Source: Perna viridis
Taxonomy: Eukaryota
Direction of reading: 5' to 3'
Assembly (NCBI GenBank): GCA_037379345.1
Contig: CM074522.1
Coordinates: 21,886,001-21,950,000, forward strand
DNA: 64,000 nt
Below are positions 1 through 12,329 of this stretch, in pieces. Position numbers and translations under genes: made by a program. Below the pieces are notes generated by a model. It was not told the origin of the DNA. It worked only from the letters and a program-made list of their open reading frames with translations, and did not search any database. How positions within the stretch are numbered: the stretch's first letter is position 1; every line of letters begins with the position of its first letter.

Positions 1-42
1 ATCACCCTGTGCCACAAATAACAGGCTTTCATCATTATTTAA

Positions 43-247
43 GGAGGTAGACCTAGGGTAAGGGACACAACTTTCACTGGAACTTATGTATTCCGCATTT
101 TACATCAATCTTATGTAAGCATCTAATTAACTTGGATTAATTTTATTCTGCTTCAAACAAAAGCTTGAGAGGCTTTGGTGAAATTGAATATAATACAAAC
201 ATATCACTGATTTCTTGAGTTATGTCCCTTACCCTAGGTCTACCTCC
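43..247. mobile_element. ~210-bp MITE, family A (Kolobok-like non-autonomous), copy 1
   Basis: TIR GGAGGTAGACCTAGGGTAAGGGAC...GTCCCTTACCCTAGGTCTACCTCC flanked by TTAA on both sides. Opposite orientation to copies 2-5. Confidence 0.9.
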
Positions 248-465
248 TTAAACCCATGCTGCAAAGAACTGAGGGTTGGCTTAGAATGTTTTTGTCCACT
301 CTGTCTCCAGTATGCTCATCCTCACAAATGGCTTCTGAATAATGAAATATGAAGCCCTTTCTTTTTAGCTTATATTGACCAAAGGTATAAATTTAAGTGT
401 GATTTTCAGTTTTTTACACAATCTTCTTGGAAAAACTTGATAAACGTCTATCATTTGTTTTACAG

Positions 466-576
466 GCGCAGGCTTTGGTCGTTTGGTTGGAGAAGCCATG
501 GCAGCTTGGTTTCCCCTGGGTATCGCTGGTGGAGGCTTGATACATAAAATTGTACCAGGAGGATATGCAATAACAG
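466..576 (+). CDS. CLCN2: ClC-2-like chloride channel, first coding exon in window ([38 protein letters not shown])
   Basis: tttacag acceptor and G|gtag donor. Translation matches the ClC-1/2 'GAAFGRLVGE.MA.WFP...IVPGGYA' segment. Upstream exons lie outside the window. Confidence 0.95.
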
Positions 577-1495
577 GTAGTTATTGAACAGTTGTCTCAA
601 ATTCTGTAATACCAGTACATTTGGTGTAATTCACACTATTGGTCTCACCACATCCAGGTAAATGACCACCCCTTGTATGTACGGTAGTACAAAAAAATGC
701 ACTGAACCTAGTCCTATGCATAGAGGTATTTACATGTGGACGCCATTGACAAAAATAATACATTTTTCCGTTGTTTTCGTACTGAATTCTCCTTTAAATT
801 AAAGATTAATGAAGTCACAATTTAAAATAACATTGTTTCATTTACGTCAAAATCTGGGGTCATTCAGAGCAAAATGATCAATGTGAATTCATGTATTGTA
901 ATTGCTTGATATGTGTGTATGCTGATGGAAAATAGTCAAAATAAAAATGAGAATGTATACTTGATATCTGAAATATTTACTAAATTTATTAAGGTTTTAT
1001 GATGGTGCATTTCTTGCATTTTACCATATCTGTTCCTTTTTCTATTATCATATTGGTAATTTACCACAAGAGTGTAAGAATATTAATTACATGTGTGAGT
1101 AATTTGCTTCCGTGCTGTCAGTGAGCAGGAAAGGTAAAAGTGTGGATTTTCAGTATTGTTTTATGGAATATTTCTACAATTATTGTACCATTAGCATAAT
1201 GATTTTGAAAGCATTATTTTCCAAGCTTCGCCACGGTATTCTTGAAGATATCATTTGTCCTTGGAATTCACAGTGAAACTTTAAAAATTACTCTTTTAAC
1301 ACATAGTTTTGAAAACGTTGGAAATGGTTAATGAGACCTTTTCTTTGCTATAAAGACTAGCATGCAGTTCCTTTTTTTACAACACATATTAACAGAATAC
1401 TATATGTTTTACAGGTAATGTCATTTCTTACTAGTATGGAAAGTTGTTTGCATAGCGTTTCAGTTCCCTTGTCAATGTATGTTTTCTCCTGACAG

Positions 1496-1593
1496 GTGCG
1501 GCATCATTAGCAGGAAGTGTGACAAGAACTATATCTACATCTGTGATAGTGTTTGAACTGACTGGACAGATCAGCCATGTGTTGCCTGTTGTT
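1496..1593 (+). CDS. CLCN2: ClC-2-like exon ([33 protein letters not shown])
   Basis: ctgacag acceptor and gtgagt donor, phase-compatible with the previous exon. Contains the CLC signature VIVFELTGQ. Confidence 0.96.
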
Positions 1594-2202
1594 GTGAGTT
1601 ATCTCCCTTTATCTATAGAAATTATAATCCATTGTAAACTAGTGTGGATACTGATAGTGTTAAGGAATATTAATATTGTGATTTGATTTCTTGTCACCCT
1701 CACCAGACTAGGGCCTTTTTTCATGAAAATAAATTTTAAAATGAGGAAACTCATAAATCATTCTACAAACTGAATTTTTCTCTCATTTCAAAATTTGATA
1801 AAAAATTTGACATTTGAGTTTTGAAATTAGGCCTTTCAACCCAAGGTCCATTCAAATTGTATACATTTCATAATCCATACAGGGAAGCCTCATATCAGTG
1901 CTTTGTTAAAGGTAGATTACATCATTTATTTAGAAATATACCTGGATTTGACATCACATCACACTTCTAGAAAAGCAGAGGTTTCTTACTCTACCAGTGC
2001 ACCTGTTAGTATTTTATGTGTAATTATAGCAAATGCTTCTTTTTGATTACAGAACTCTGAAGTGGAATTTTGCCTTTTCAATTCTGGTTTAAAACATAAG
2101 GATTCATTTAAAACTGTAACTTTAATTAATTCTGATTTTGCCCATATATTTGCAGTGTTTGTTGACCTTATTAAACAATATCTGGGTACTTTAAAATAAA
2201 GA

Positions 2203-2390
2203 GTAATCAAGGAAACCAAGATTCAAGCAGAAATAAAATGAATATAATTCAAGGATAAAGACAAGACAGGAAAAAAAGACACCCACAAGAAAGCAAATTA
2301 AATAACTAAAATAATTCAAAGAAATAAAAGCAATTGAGCGAATCAGACTAAAACAACTGGAAGCATGAACCAGGTGCACTGGTAGGGTAA
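2203..2390 (-). repeat. Dispersed SINE-like repeat; second copy at ~34065-34285
   Basis: Both copies share aatcaagg.aaccaag at one end and gcatg.accaggtgcac..gtagggtaa at the other. ORFs 2191..2379 and 33984..34250 are similar for this reason. Confidence 0.65.
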
Positions 2391-2431
2391 ATAAATAACT
2401 GACAGTTACATTATATATTACCTTTTTCTAG

Positions 2432-2547
2432 GTTTCTGTGTTGATTGCTAATGCTGTCGCCAACAAGTTGCAGCCGTCATTTTTCGATAGTATCATCCGA
2501 CTGAAGAAATTACCCTACCTTCCTGATATTGTATCAGCCAAGGGCAA
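2432..2547 (+). CDS. CLCN2: ClC-2-like exon, helices Q-R ([38 protein letters not shown])
   Basis: tttctag acceptor and AA|gtaagt donor. Matches ClC-2 'IANAVA..LQPS.YDSII..KKLPYLP'. Confidence 0.96.
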
Positions 2548-2986
2548 GTAAGTCATTTTGTAATACTCATAAAAAAACACTATATAGATAATTTATGGAA
2601 GGTATACACTGTATGTTGGTTTATTTTGAAGTGTGTAAAATTTTGTGATTTTGAGGAAAACATGTATACAAAAAAAATTGCCAGATCCTACATGGTGCAC
2701 TTAAGTATTTAATCTCATAGTAAATATTCACAGAATTTTTTTTTTGGCTTTTTCAGACAGACCACTTAAATATGCTCAAATTAGTACCTCATGAAAATAA
2801 CCTGCTATTTGGTGCCTTCCAGAGTACCCTTGTGCTTCATGCCACAATATGCCACGTCCTTCTGGTAGATATATGGGTTGGTGGATGGTCCTAGGGTTGA
2901 AATCACCCTCTTTTGTCTAAAAAATCCTGTTAATATCTTGCATTTTGGAGGTAAAAGATGACCATTATTAGCCTAGAACCCCTTCA

Positions 2987-3148
2987 TGGGCAGATCCAGG
3001 ATTTGAGTTTAGGGGGGTGTTAATTGAATTTTATGTCATGCAAACCAAGGGAAAAAATATTATGGGGTGAAACTTGTGGTGAAAAATGTTTTCTTACCAA
3101 TTTAGGGGGGTTTACACCCGGTACACCAGTTCTTGGATCTGTGCCTGC
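2987..3148. mobile_element. Short MITE with GGCGGATCCA-type TIR; second copy at 42577-42737
   Basis: gggcagatccaggatttgag...ttggatctgtgcctg with a very similar interior in both copies. Confidence 0.75.
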
Positions 3149-3345
3149 CCTTTCCCCAATTTTTCTGGAACATCACTCTGTAGGTCCCCCACTGTATGCT
3201 GAATGCATTAAAGAAAGAAAGGATAAATTTAATTCAGTGTCATTGCTATAAAAATCTAGATCCTTAAGTATACACAAATTTGACTTTATCAGTAAAAAAA
3301 TCATTGTGTGGCATTTTGTAAGGCAGATTAAAATTTATGAATTAA

Positions 3346-3742
3346 GTAGCAGTCTTTGTAAGAATCATGCAAATTCTGTAAAATGTGATACACCCCCAAA
3401 AAGGCTACATATTTTTATTTTTGCTATGAAGACGTTTTATAGGTCTATTTGATGGAATGTATAATTATTCATTCCAATCTGTCTGCTCTTGGGAGATAAT
3501 CTAAACTGAAATTCCAAAAGTTTCTATTGTATTTTAGGGTCATTTACAGAGTTATCTCCCTTAATTTTGAGTTCTGCAGTACAGGACTATAATTTTTATC
3601 TTCTATGAACAAGGGTTATATGAAAAGCCAAATGTTAATTTCTGTTCACTCTAATATTTCAAACAAAATATCAAAATTAAAAATATATGTAGGCTTTCCA
3701 ACCATGAATCACATTTTGCATGATTCTTAGCTGGAGTGCTAC
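3346..3742. mobile_element. ~400-bp TTAA-flanked MITE, family B, copy 1
   Basis: TTAA|GTAGCA...TGCTAC|TTAA with subterminal inverted TAAGAATCATGCAAA. Confidence 0.85.
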
Positions 3743-5257
3743 TTAAATGTACAACAGTAAAACCTGTCAATACTGAACCTTTATGGCGTGTGGATTTTGT
3801 CTGGTTAAAAATGTTCCCTGCTCTATTAATGAATAACAAGGATTTCAGAGTGTTGTAAAATCTTTTACAATCTTTCATGCTAGAACAGAATAAGAAGAAA
3901 AAAAGACATAAGCATTTGAAAAGTTGGTGGGAAAAAGATTTCTCTAGATTTTCTATAGGTTTTGTCTTGGTAGGTTTAAATCTATTTAAGACACTGATGA
4001 AATAACAAAGATTTCATAAAAACTTTTCAAATAACATTTTAGAGTGTGTTTGACGAAATTATGAAAAGAAAAGTGAGGGTTACTGAGTTAAAAATATTAA
4101 TGCTATGAAATGTAAAAAACAGAAAAGTAAAAAAATCTGAAAGAAATGGTTGAACATGACCAGCGAACATCCTTAACACAGGTGTTTGGTTTTATATACA
4201 GGTTCAAGATACATTGACATTGAAGAGCATTAAAATGTGTCTGGTTTAGACAGGGTTTTAATTTTTGTCAGGGTTTGGTTTGGACAGGTTTCTCTGTATT
4301 TTTAATGCCACAAATATGAATTTTCTTAGTAGATTATTGCACTTGATTTTCTGAACTATTTGTAGCATTTTGTCAATAGCATTTATCATGTGTGTTTAAA
4401 ATCTTACTACTATTTCTTGTTTTGTGTTTAGATTTCCATATCAGTTTCATAATTTGATATTCTTTGTATTGTAATTTAGAATAAGCAAGTTTTACTGTAG
4501 AACTGTGTGTCCGTTCACTAAAAAAATATAAAAAAAAAAGGGTAGTTTACACTAATAATCAACTCCTATTTGTTAAACGCCAGATTTTGTACAAGTTCTG
4601 GGATCACAGAAGCAAGGTATTGAAACTGAAATTAATAGAAATTTGATCAATGTTTCAGACGATACAAAACATGTTGAAAAACGATTGTTGTGTTTTTGTC
4701 AAAGCTAATTTATCTGTATAAAACACCTGTCTATCTTAATGTTGATGAAAGATTGAAAAAGGGTGTTGCTTTAACTTCAGAATCGTTTCAGTAACCAACT
4801 GAATTATAGATCTGATTTCAGAGTGGTTCAAAAGTAACAGTTTACTTGATATTGCAAAAATGTCCTATTTTGTATGATTGATCAGATGTAAATATTATGG
4901 ACCAAGTAATTAACATTTTTTATTTTTCTGAAAATAGGGCGTTAATATGGTTTTCTGTGTTTTCTGTGTTTTTTTTTTAGATTGTCTGAGACATTGATTT
5001 GGTTTTTAGTGTTTGTATGCTTTTGTGTGTTATAGCCCATTCTTGATAAGTGATTGTCCTTTTTCTGGTACACGATGTTTGATTTAGAGCATTTGCTGAA
5101 GTTATCTCTCTTGAGTCAGACATTTTATGGAATTGTGGAATCCAATTCACTTGTCGCAGATAATGTAATTTTGAGCATCTTATACAAAAAATTTCCCATT
5201 ATTAATGATAAAAATTTGCTTAAATTTCAAGAAATCATTTTGGTTAGGAATATTTAA

Positions 5258-5653
5258 GTAGCTGTCTTTGTAAGAATCATGCAAAATCTGAAAAATGTGA
5301 TACATCCTAAAAAAGGCTACATATTTTTATTTTTGTAATTAAGTTGTTTTATGGGTCTATACTATGAAATGTGTAATTATTCATTCAAATCTGCCTGCTC
5401 TTAGGAGATAATTGACATGGAAAATACAGTAGATTCTATAGTATTTGAGCGCCATTTACAGAGTTATCTCCCTTAATTTTGAAATCTACAGAGCATTCTA
5501 TATAATTTTTATCTCCTAAGAGCACGGGTTATATGAAAAACCACATGTTTATTTCTATTTACTATGACATTTCAAACAAAATATAAAAAATGAAAATATG
5601 TAGGCTTTTTACCCATGAGTCACATTTTGCATGATCCTTAGCTGGAATGCTAC
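5258..5653. mobile_element. MITE family B, copy 2
   Basis: Collinear diverged copy of 3346-3742, TTAA flanks. Confidence 0.85.
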
Positions 5654-7651
5654 TTAAAACAATTTTTTTATCCATTTGGGATTCATAATATGAGAAAATA
5701 TTGCAAATGTTTCCTGATTTATCTTTTTTTTTTTTACTGAAGGTTTAAAAAACTTTCTCTTTCTCTTTGTATAATCAAACAAGTAACAGGGAACCAGATC
5801 TTGTCTGGAATGTGACCAACCTAAATTAGGGAGTGTGATAACTCGAGCAAAAAGTCCAAATGAAAACATTGTGAACTTGGAATAGAAAAATCACTGAATT
5901 GGGAAATCGTCTTTATGTTTAAAGCAGGTTTTATCATTTTATTTAATTTTGTTGTGTTTCACTTAATATATATGTATGCTTGTATTAATTTATGTTTTGT
6001 AGTTTTTAGCTCATCAGGTCTAAAGGTCAATTTGAGTTATTGCCATCACATGGCATCTATCTTGCAACTGCTGTTAAGTTTTAAATACAACTCCATGTAA
6101 GAGTCAGACAGGTGGTGTACACCTAAAATTTTGCACTATTTTTTGCAGAATGCATTCAATGCACCTTAAAAATACTTTGGATACATAACATAGTCCTGAG
6201 ATAAAGTGGTGAAGAGCAATAATTTTTTACTCAAGTAATATACCGATTGTAATCATGAACATTTATTTAAAATGGATTCAACCAATTTTAAACTGGTAAC
6301 ATCTTACTTCACCATTCTTGTTCTGCTCTATAAAATTGATGACTACAGTTGTTTTTTACTTGTATTGAACGAAAAACATTTCCACAAACAGTCTTTTTTA
6401 GTTATCACTGTTTTCATTGAACATACCGGACCTATAAAATATAAGACATATTTGTGCAATGTTATATATTAGGACGTTTATGTACACAACAGGAACATAT
6501 AAACATCTAAATATAAAACATCATACAACTATGAAATGTAATGTTATAAAAGTTAGGACTTGCTTGACTCTTCATGGATTTGTATTGGTGCTTAAATGTA
6601 CACTTATCTATTGCTATGCAATTTAAGAAATAATTGACAGCAGACAAGGTTTTCAGCATCCTTAGATCCGTCTGCTTAAATATTGTGTCAGTTATGTTTA
6701 TCTTGCTTACTAGTAAGCATGCTTTTAGGATATAGGTAAAGACTGATTAATTTTATTAAGTTCTTCAGACAGTTTAAGACACAGATATAGCCTCCACTTG
6801 GAAATTTTACCTTACCAATCATTTTTTGACAGTTTTATTGTAGTAATACAAGAGGTGCCAAAGAAGGGAAATTCTTTGACAAGATGATATTGTGAACACA
6901 AAAATAAAAAGACTGAGAACAAATGCTAAATAAAAAAAGAACCAAAAAGTATGCACTGAAAAATAAAAACTTCTGAAAGCTCACAAAAAAACTGGATGAA
7001 CTAAGGTGTTCTGATTGGATGAGCATTTTCTGCTTCTTGCAAGACATCAGTCGTCTTATAATAATCATTTCAAAACAATCACTTCACCTACAGAATTGTA
7101 CACTCCATACAATCAATTCATTTTCATCAATCCATTCTTTCATATGTCATTGACACTTTATATATACATTCATGATCCAATAATCTTCATCAGTGTGAGA
7201 TATATTAAGTCTATGGAAATCTAGAAGCTTTAAAATTATACCCCTACTTTTAAACGGAGTGGCTTGTATATTGGAATCACCTTGTCTATCAACTCAACAT
7301 TCAGTTTATTTATCCAAATTTTTGTGCAATTATCTCACCCCCAATGGATGAATTAATTTCAAATTTTACATGTGGCATTATAAAGATGGGGCATATGTTG
7401 TAAGGGATTTTCGTTGCTGTCTGATATCAACTTCATGTACAATTGGCAGTATATCTATTTTGACAATGAGTGCAACTTCATGTTTTGGAGGTCGTAGATC
7501 AGTTGCACGATGAAAGAATAATTTTATTTTACAGGAGTACTTGCTTTGCATTGCCCTTGCCTTAATGACGTCAATTGTCAGGCTTTTGGCTGAATTTAAA
7601 GACCTCACTTTGCAAAAACAATATGCTGGCATTCTCACTCACACCTGTTAA

Positions 7652-8048
7652 CCCTCCCACAGAATTTAGAATCTCCCAAATAAAAATTTTAGATTTTAGG
7701 GAAGTTTTTGGTTAGGATTTTGTATATGTTCTTGTGTAAAAATTGTACAAAAGAAATTTGCGTTTACAAAAAAATCTCCCAGATGAGACTCAATGGGGAG
7801 AACCTTCCAAATGAGACTCTTTCAATGGGGAGAACCTCCCACATGAGTCTCTGTCAATGGGGAGAACCTTCCACATGAGACTGTGTCAGTGGGGGAGAAT
7901 CTCCAACATAAGACTGTGTCAATGGGGAGAACCTCCCACATGAGACTGTTAATAGGGAGAACCTCCCACATGAGACTGTCAATGGTGAGAATCTCCCACA
8001 TGAGACTGTGTCAACATGGAGAACCTCCCACATGTACTGGTCAAAAGG
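7652..8048. mobile_element. piggyBac-like non-autonomous element carrying a ~30-32-bp internal tandem array (~7775-8035)
   Basis: TTAA|CC...GG|TTAA ends; about 8 units of gagaacctcccacatgagactgtgtcaatggg. Confidence 0.6.
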
Positions 8049-8472
8049 TTAACAGGTATGCTTACTTGAACTTGAAAGTCTTTTGAATTTATCAAATCTC
8101 TTGTTAACAGGTTGTTAAATTAAAAGATACATGATTATTAAAGAATATTTCCTGGCATCAATTGTGGATTTGAAATTTAGAATTAGAGTTTTTAATAAGT
8201 CGGCAGAATTATCTGTTTGTTTTTATAGTAAATTTGTACAAATCAGTTTTCATTTTATATGTACTACCAAATGTATTGCATTAAATAAAAATCTATAGTA
8301 AATGTATGTAAAATGCATTTGCATATTCTGCTCAATTCATTCTCATGGTGCATGCATACATGCAGTGCATGATTCCATTATGCACATTACATCTATTTTG
8401 TAAATGTTAGGTTTGTTACTGGAGTTAAAGAATACCACGGAATATTTTAATCACACAACATATATGTGTATA

Positions 8473-8687
8473 CACAGGCAGATATTTTTTACGTGAAATT
8501 CATGTTTATCAAGCTTCACATGAAATTAACGTGATTTTTATGTGAAATTCACTTTACACGAATTGCATGTGAACAAATGGTGTGAATTTCACGTGAGGGC
8601 TCGATTCACACAAATTTCACATGAACTCAGTCACAAAGTTTATTTGCTCAGTTCAAGTGAAAATCATGTGAAATAATTTTGCCTGTA
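8473..8687. mobile_element. E-box-rich MITE (family D); further copies at 26307-26563 and 29914-30170 (inverted)
   Basis: CACAGGCA...TGCCTGT ends. Interior built from cacatgaaa/ttcacgtga units. Shared cacaaagtttatttgctca block. Confidence 0.8.
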
Positions 8688-9225
8688 TAAAATGCAGTTT
8701 GACATATCAAATTAATGCTGTTCATTCCATCTATAATCATGATAAAAAAGGAAAAATTTACTGGTTTTACCCTAGATCTATTAATAGTAATTTTAATACA
8801 TATGATACATATAGATATTCTATATTTGAAGTTGTCTCCCTATCCTATATTATTGTCCCTTCCAAAAATATTCATGAATGTTTATATCTGTCTAGAAAAA
8901 TTACAAATAATTTCATCTGAACTTTATCAAGTCTGGCCTTAGTGTCACCTGCCATGTCAATGAAGTTCAGGGGTAAATATGCAAACATTTGGTCTATATA
9001 TCTGCCATTTGTTTGTCATTTAACATGTTAAAGATAGATCATCATGAAACTTGGTACACATGCTGCTCATGATAAAACTTTGTGACAACGCTCTTCCATT
9101 CCATTTCAATCTTCAAAGCTTTCAATAATATTTATTTATACAGAAGACACTTATAATACTGTCTGTCTGTCTGTGTTCACAGTCGGTGCGCCTTGACCTA
9201 TATTTTTTTTATTTTCATTTTTCAG

Positions 9226-9359
9226 TGCCTGGAATATATTCATAGAGGACATTATGGTGAAGGATGTAAAGTTCATTACACTGGTTTCTACATACAAAGA
9301 TCTACAAGATCTACTGTCAGAATCTAACCATAAGTCATATCCTTTTGTTGATGCACCAG
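9226..9359 (+). CDS. CLCN2: ClC-2-like exon, start of CBS1 (AWNIFIEDIMVKDVKFITLVSTYKDLQDLLSESNHKSYPFVDAP)
   Basis: ttttcag acceptor and G|gtatag donor. EDIMV.DV and P.VD.P are CBS1 motifs. In frame with flanking exons. Confidence 0.93.
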
Positions 9360-10349
9360 GTATAGAATTATATTATGTTAAGTACAAAAAAAAAACCAAC
9401 TCTTATACTGTAAACCATCTTCTTTTTGTGAGTGATTTAATTTTTTCTACTTTCATGAGGAAGAAAAATGATGAAAATAAATTGCCATAAATAAGTTCTT
9501 TTTTTATAGAAAACATGTTAAGCAGTAGTATATAGAGTGTTAGTCACAAAAATAAAAAAGTAGCGAAATTAAATTGATATCCTGTATTGGAAAAGTTGAT
9601 TTGCAGTAATAACTAAGACACATAGATTCTCCTTCATCTATGTTTGATTTTAATTAATTCTCAACTCGAGACAGTAAAATTAAAATTTTCTTCATGCAAG
9701 CTTTAGCGAGCATGTTAAAATCTTAATTTAACCATAGAGGGTGGAAAAATAGTGTAAATCAAGAATAGGCTGGAGGAGAATCAGTTTCTCCAATGAAATC
9801 TGTAGAAACCTTGAAAAGGTAAAACAGTGCGAAAACTCTTGCATAAATTTAGTTACCATCTGAATAGATTGGGAGAAATTTGTTTCTGTACCATATGAAA
9901 TCTTTTCCCCTTAAGTCAGCATTCCCATTCACAAACTGTAGTACATTTGTTTTGCACAATAAAAATCATGTACATAAAATTTCACAAGTCAAAACGTTCA
10001 TGCACATACATTAACAATATTCTTTTTTTTTTTATTTTGATCTTTGAATTTCTGGTCTAGCGCTAGTTTCCCCTTCTGGAATAGATCATTCATTATCAAA
10101 ATGCATCATCATTTGATTATATTATGAGTAAAATATTAGTCTTAGAATGTCTTGTAATTTGTACCCTTAGATAAACTCTCTGTACCTCCAAATACAAGAA
10201 TGTTTAAGTTTGTATTGTAAAGGGGCCAATGGAAATGGAACCAGCTGTTGCATCTGATATAGGACTTGCTACTCACAAAATCTTGACAGATTTTTCACTT
10301 GTTGTTTACATACTCCAATAATTGTTTTTTTTTTTTTTGCATTTTTCAG

Positions 10350-10666
10350 AATCCATGATTTTATTAGGTTCAGTACAACGATTTGAATTGGAACGAATAA
10401 TTTATGTGCATTTGAGTTATGATCAGAAAATTGTACCACCTGGCACACAAGATGACCAATCAGATGATGATGCATCAGAGACATCAGGTCCTAACTCACG
10501 TGTCAGTTCTCGTCCAACTTCACGACCTACGACCCCACCTCCTTTTATTGATGCTCAGTTTTCAAACATTAAAGCTTTCACACCAAAATCACGATTCCAT
10601 GTATCTAAAGTTGACGACATTCCAATGGGATCGATGAACAAGAGAAAGCTGTCATTGGCTAGCTCT
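10350..10666 (+). CDS. CLCN2: ClC-2-like exon, end of CBS1 and start of inter-CBS linker (ESMILLGSVQRFELERII...SRFHVSKV...KRKLSLASS)
   Basis: ttttcag acceptor and gtaagt donor. ESMILLGS..R.EL is diagnostic for ClC-1/2 CBS1. Overlaps ORF 10322..10759. Confidence 0.93.
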
Positions 10667-10865
10667 GTAAGTATCATTTATAGATTTATCCTTTGTTTGA
10701 AGTGTTTTGGGTGTTCACTTGTCTGGTTTTTGGCTTGGCACTTAAAACTGTGGATTTGAAACTTTGCTTTATGTGGGCTTGTAGTACACTGGGCTAAATG
10801 TTTTCAATTGAGAAAGTGTATTATCTTTATCTGTGTGAAGCTTGTAGTTTTCTTCATGTTATCGA

Positions 10866-11229
10866 TTTAGACAGGTGTTTGGTTAAGACAGATGTTTGGT
10901 TTTAGATAGGTGTTCAGTTTAGACAGGTGTTTGGTTTAGACAGATGTTTGGTTTTAGATAGTGTTCAGTTTAGATATGTGTTTGGTTTAGACAGATGTTT
11001 GGTTTTAGATAGTTGTTCAGTTTAGACAGGTGTTTGATTTTAGATAGGTGTTCAGTTTAGACAGGTGTTTGGTTTAGACAGATGTTTGGTGTTAGACAGG
11101 TGTTCAGTTTAGACAGGTGTTTGGTTTACAAAAGTTAAGGTTGAAATTATTATAAAGTGATTTTAAAAGTGTCCTGTTTAGGTAGGTGTTTAGATTATTC
11201 AGGGTTTGGTTTAGACAGGATTCATTGGA
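10866..11229. repeat. Tandem array of ~19-20-bp tttagacaggtgtttgg units merging into a MITE end
   Basis: About 14 units. The same motif forms the ends of dispersed elements at ~4180-4298 and 22569-22747 (cagtgaaac...tagacaggtttcactgta). Confidence 0.8.
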
Positions 11230-11979
11230 TACAATCTCAGACCATTGAAATAAAACAGAGATGACTTTGACCTTTCTGTACAGTTAGTAAACAAGAAAAA
11301 TTACATCAGTAACACAAACAAAACAGAAATGGTGGCTCTAGACATGGAATGGTTGTACCAAGGTGATTTGTCTAAATTACTCTTTTTATTGTATTCTTGT
11401 ATTGTTTGTCATTGACAGTTTAACTTGATATACAGGGTCTGTTTACACTGGTATGAACAATACTTTTTCCTAGTATTTATTTTCAAGTTTTAATATTTAT
11501 TGTTTTTATTTAATAGTTTTTAGGGGGAGGTTGTATTTTGTGAATTTTTTGTTTTGTTTTGTTTTTAGTTAATTATTGTAATTATTCTGTTCTTTTTTAC
11601 AGATTTCCTCTTGATTTTAAAATTCCTTTTTTTCTGCTTATTTACTTCCGATTTTGCCAGTTGCCACTTCAATGTTGTTGACATATTAATCATGCTTGAT
11701 TATGATAAATTTAAACTTGACATGTTATGAATATTCATTATGATGTATTTTAAATTTACATGTTATGAATATTCATTATGATGATAATTTTTTAAATTAC
11801 AGATTGAATATGAAAATCACTAGTATTAATTATCAGTCCGCATGAAATTTAGGTACTGCCGATGGTAGAGGTGGTATAAGGTGCATAAAAACCCACTGAA
11901 CAGTCTACAAATGCTGTATTTTCTTTTCTATTTACAGATCTGTATTTCAGAGAATACCATTTATTCATGTCTCTCAAAA

Positions 11980-12329
11980 GTACCATTTTGTGTAAGAATC
12001 AGACAATAAGTGGCACATCATTTTTCTCAATTTGGTCTTTTTTGCCTCAAACATATTTAATACACCTAGGAAACTGAAAAGCTATTTAAATTTATCCTGA
12101 AGCATCCATGACATAGATATTTTTGACTGCTTATATTTCCACCATTTTTCCATAGTGCATTTCAACTAAATTTGACATATCATAATCTTAAAAAGGCAAG
12201 CTTTACAATCACTGTGATTTCTTGAGGTTATAAGATATAAATACATAGTTAATGCAATAAAACTGCATTTTTTTTCTTCATATGCCACATCTTATACACC
12301 TTTTGCCTGATTCTTAGACAGAAAAGTAC
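11980..12329. mobile_element. MITE family C (GTAC ends, TAAGAATC subterminal motif); copies at 30878-31266 (inverted) and 46298-47365 (split by an insertion)
   Basis: Shared gtaagaatc.g.caat.agtggcacatc at one end and tgcctgatt.t(t)agac.ga.aagtac|ttaa at the other. Confidence 0.8.

Noticed and set aside
7883-8086. ORF with a repeated GRTSHMRL motif
   Set aside because: Translation of the ~31-bp tandem array.
10530-10545. Functional link between the ClC-2 PPP motif and neighbouring eIF5A genes
   Set aside because: Polyproline triplets are common, and gene adjacency in animals does not imply a shared pathway.
11600-11880. Possible extra ClC-2 linker exons after tacag acceptors
   Set aside because: The required phase-0 frame hits stop codons within a few codons.
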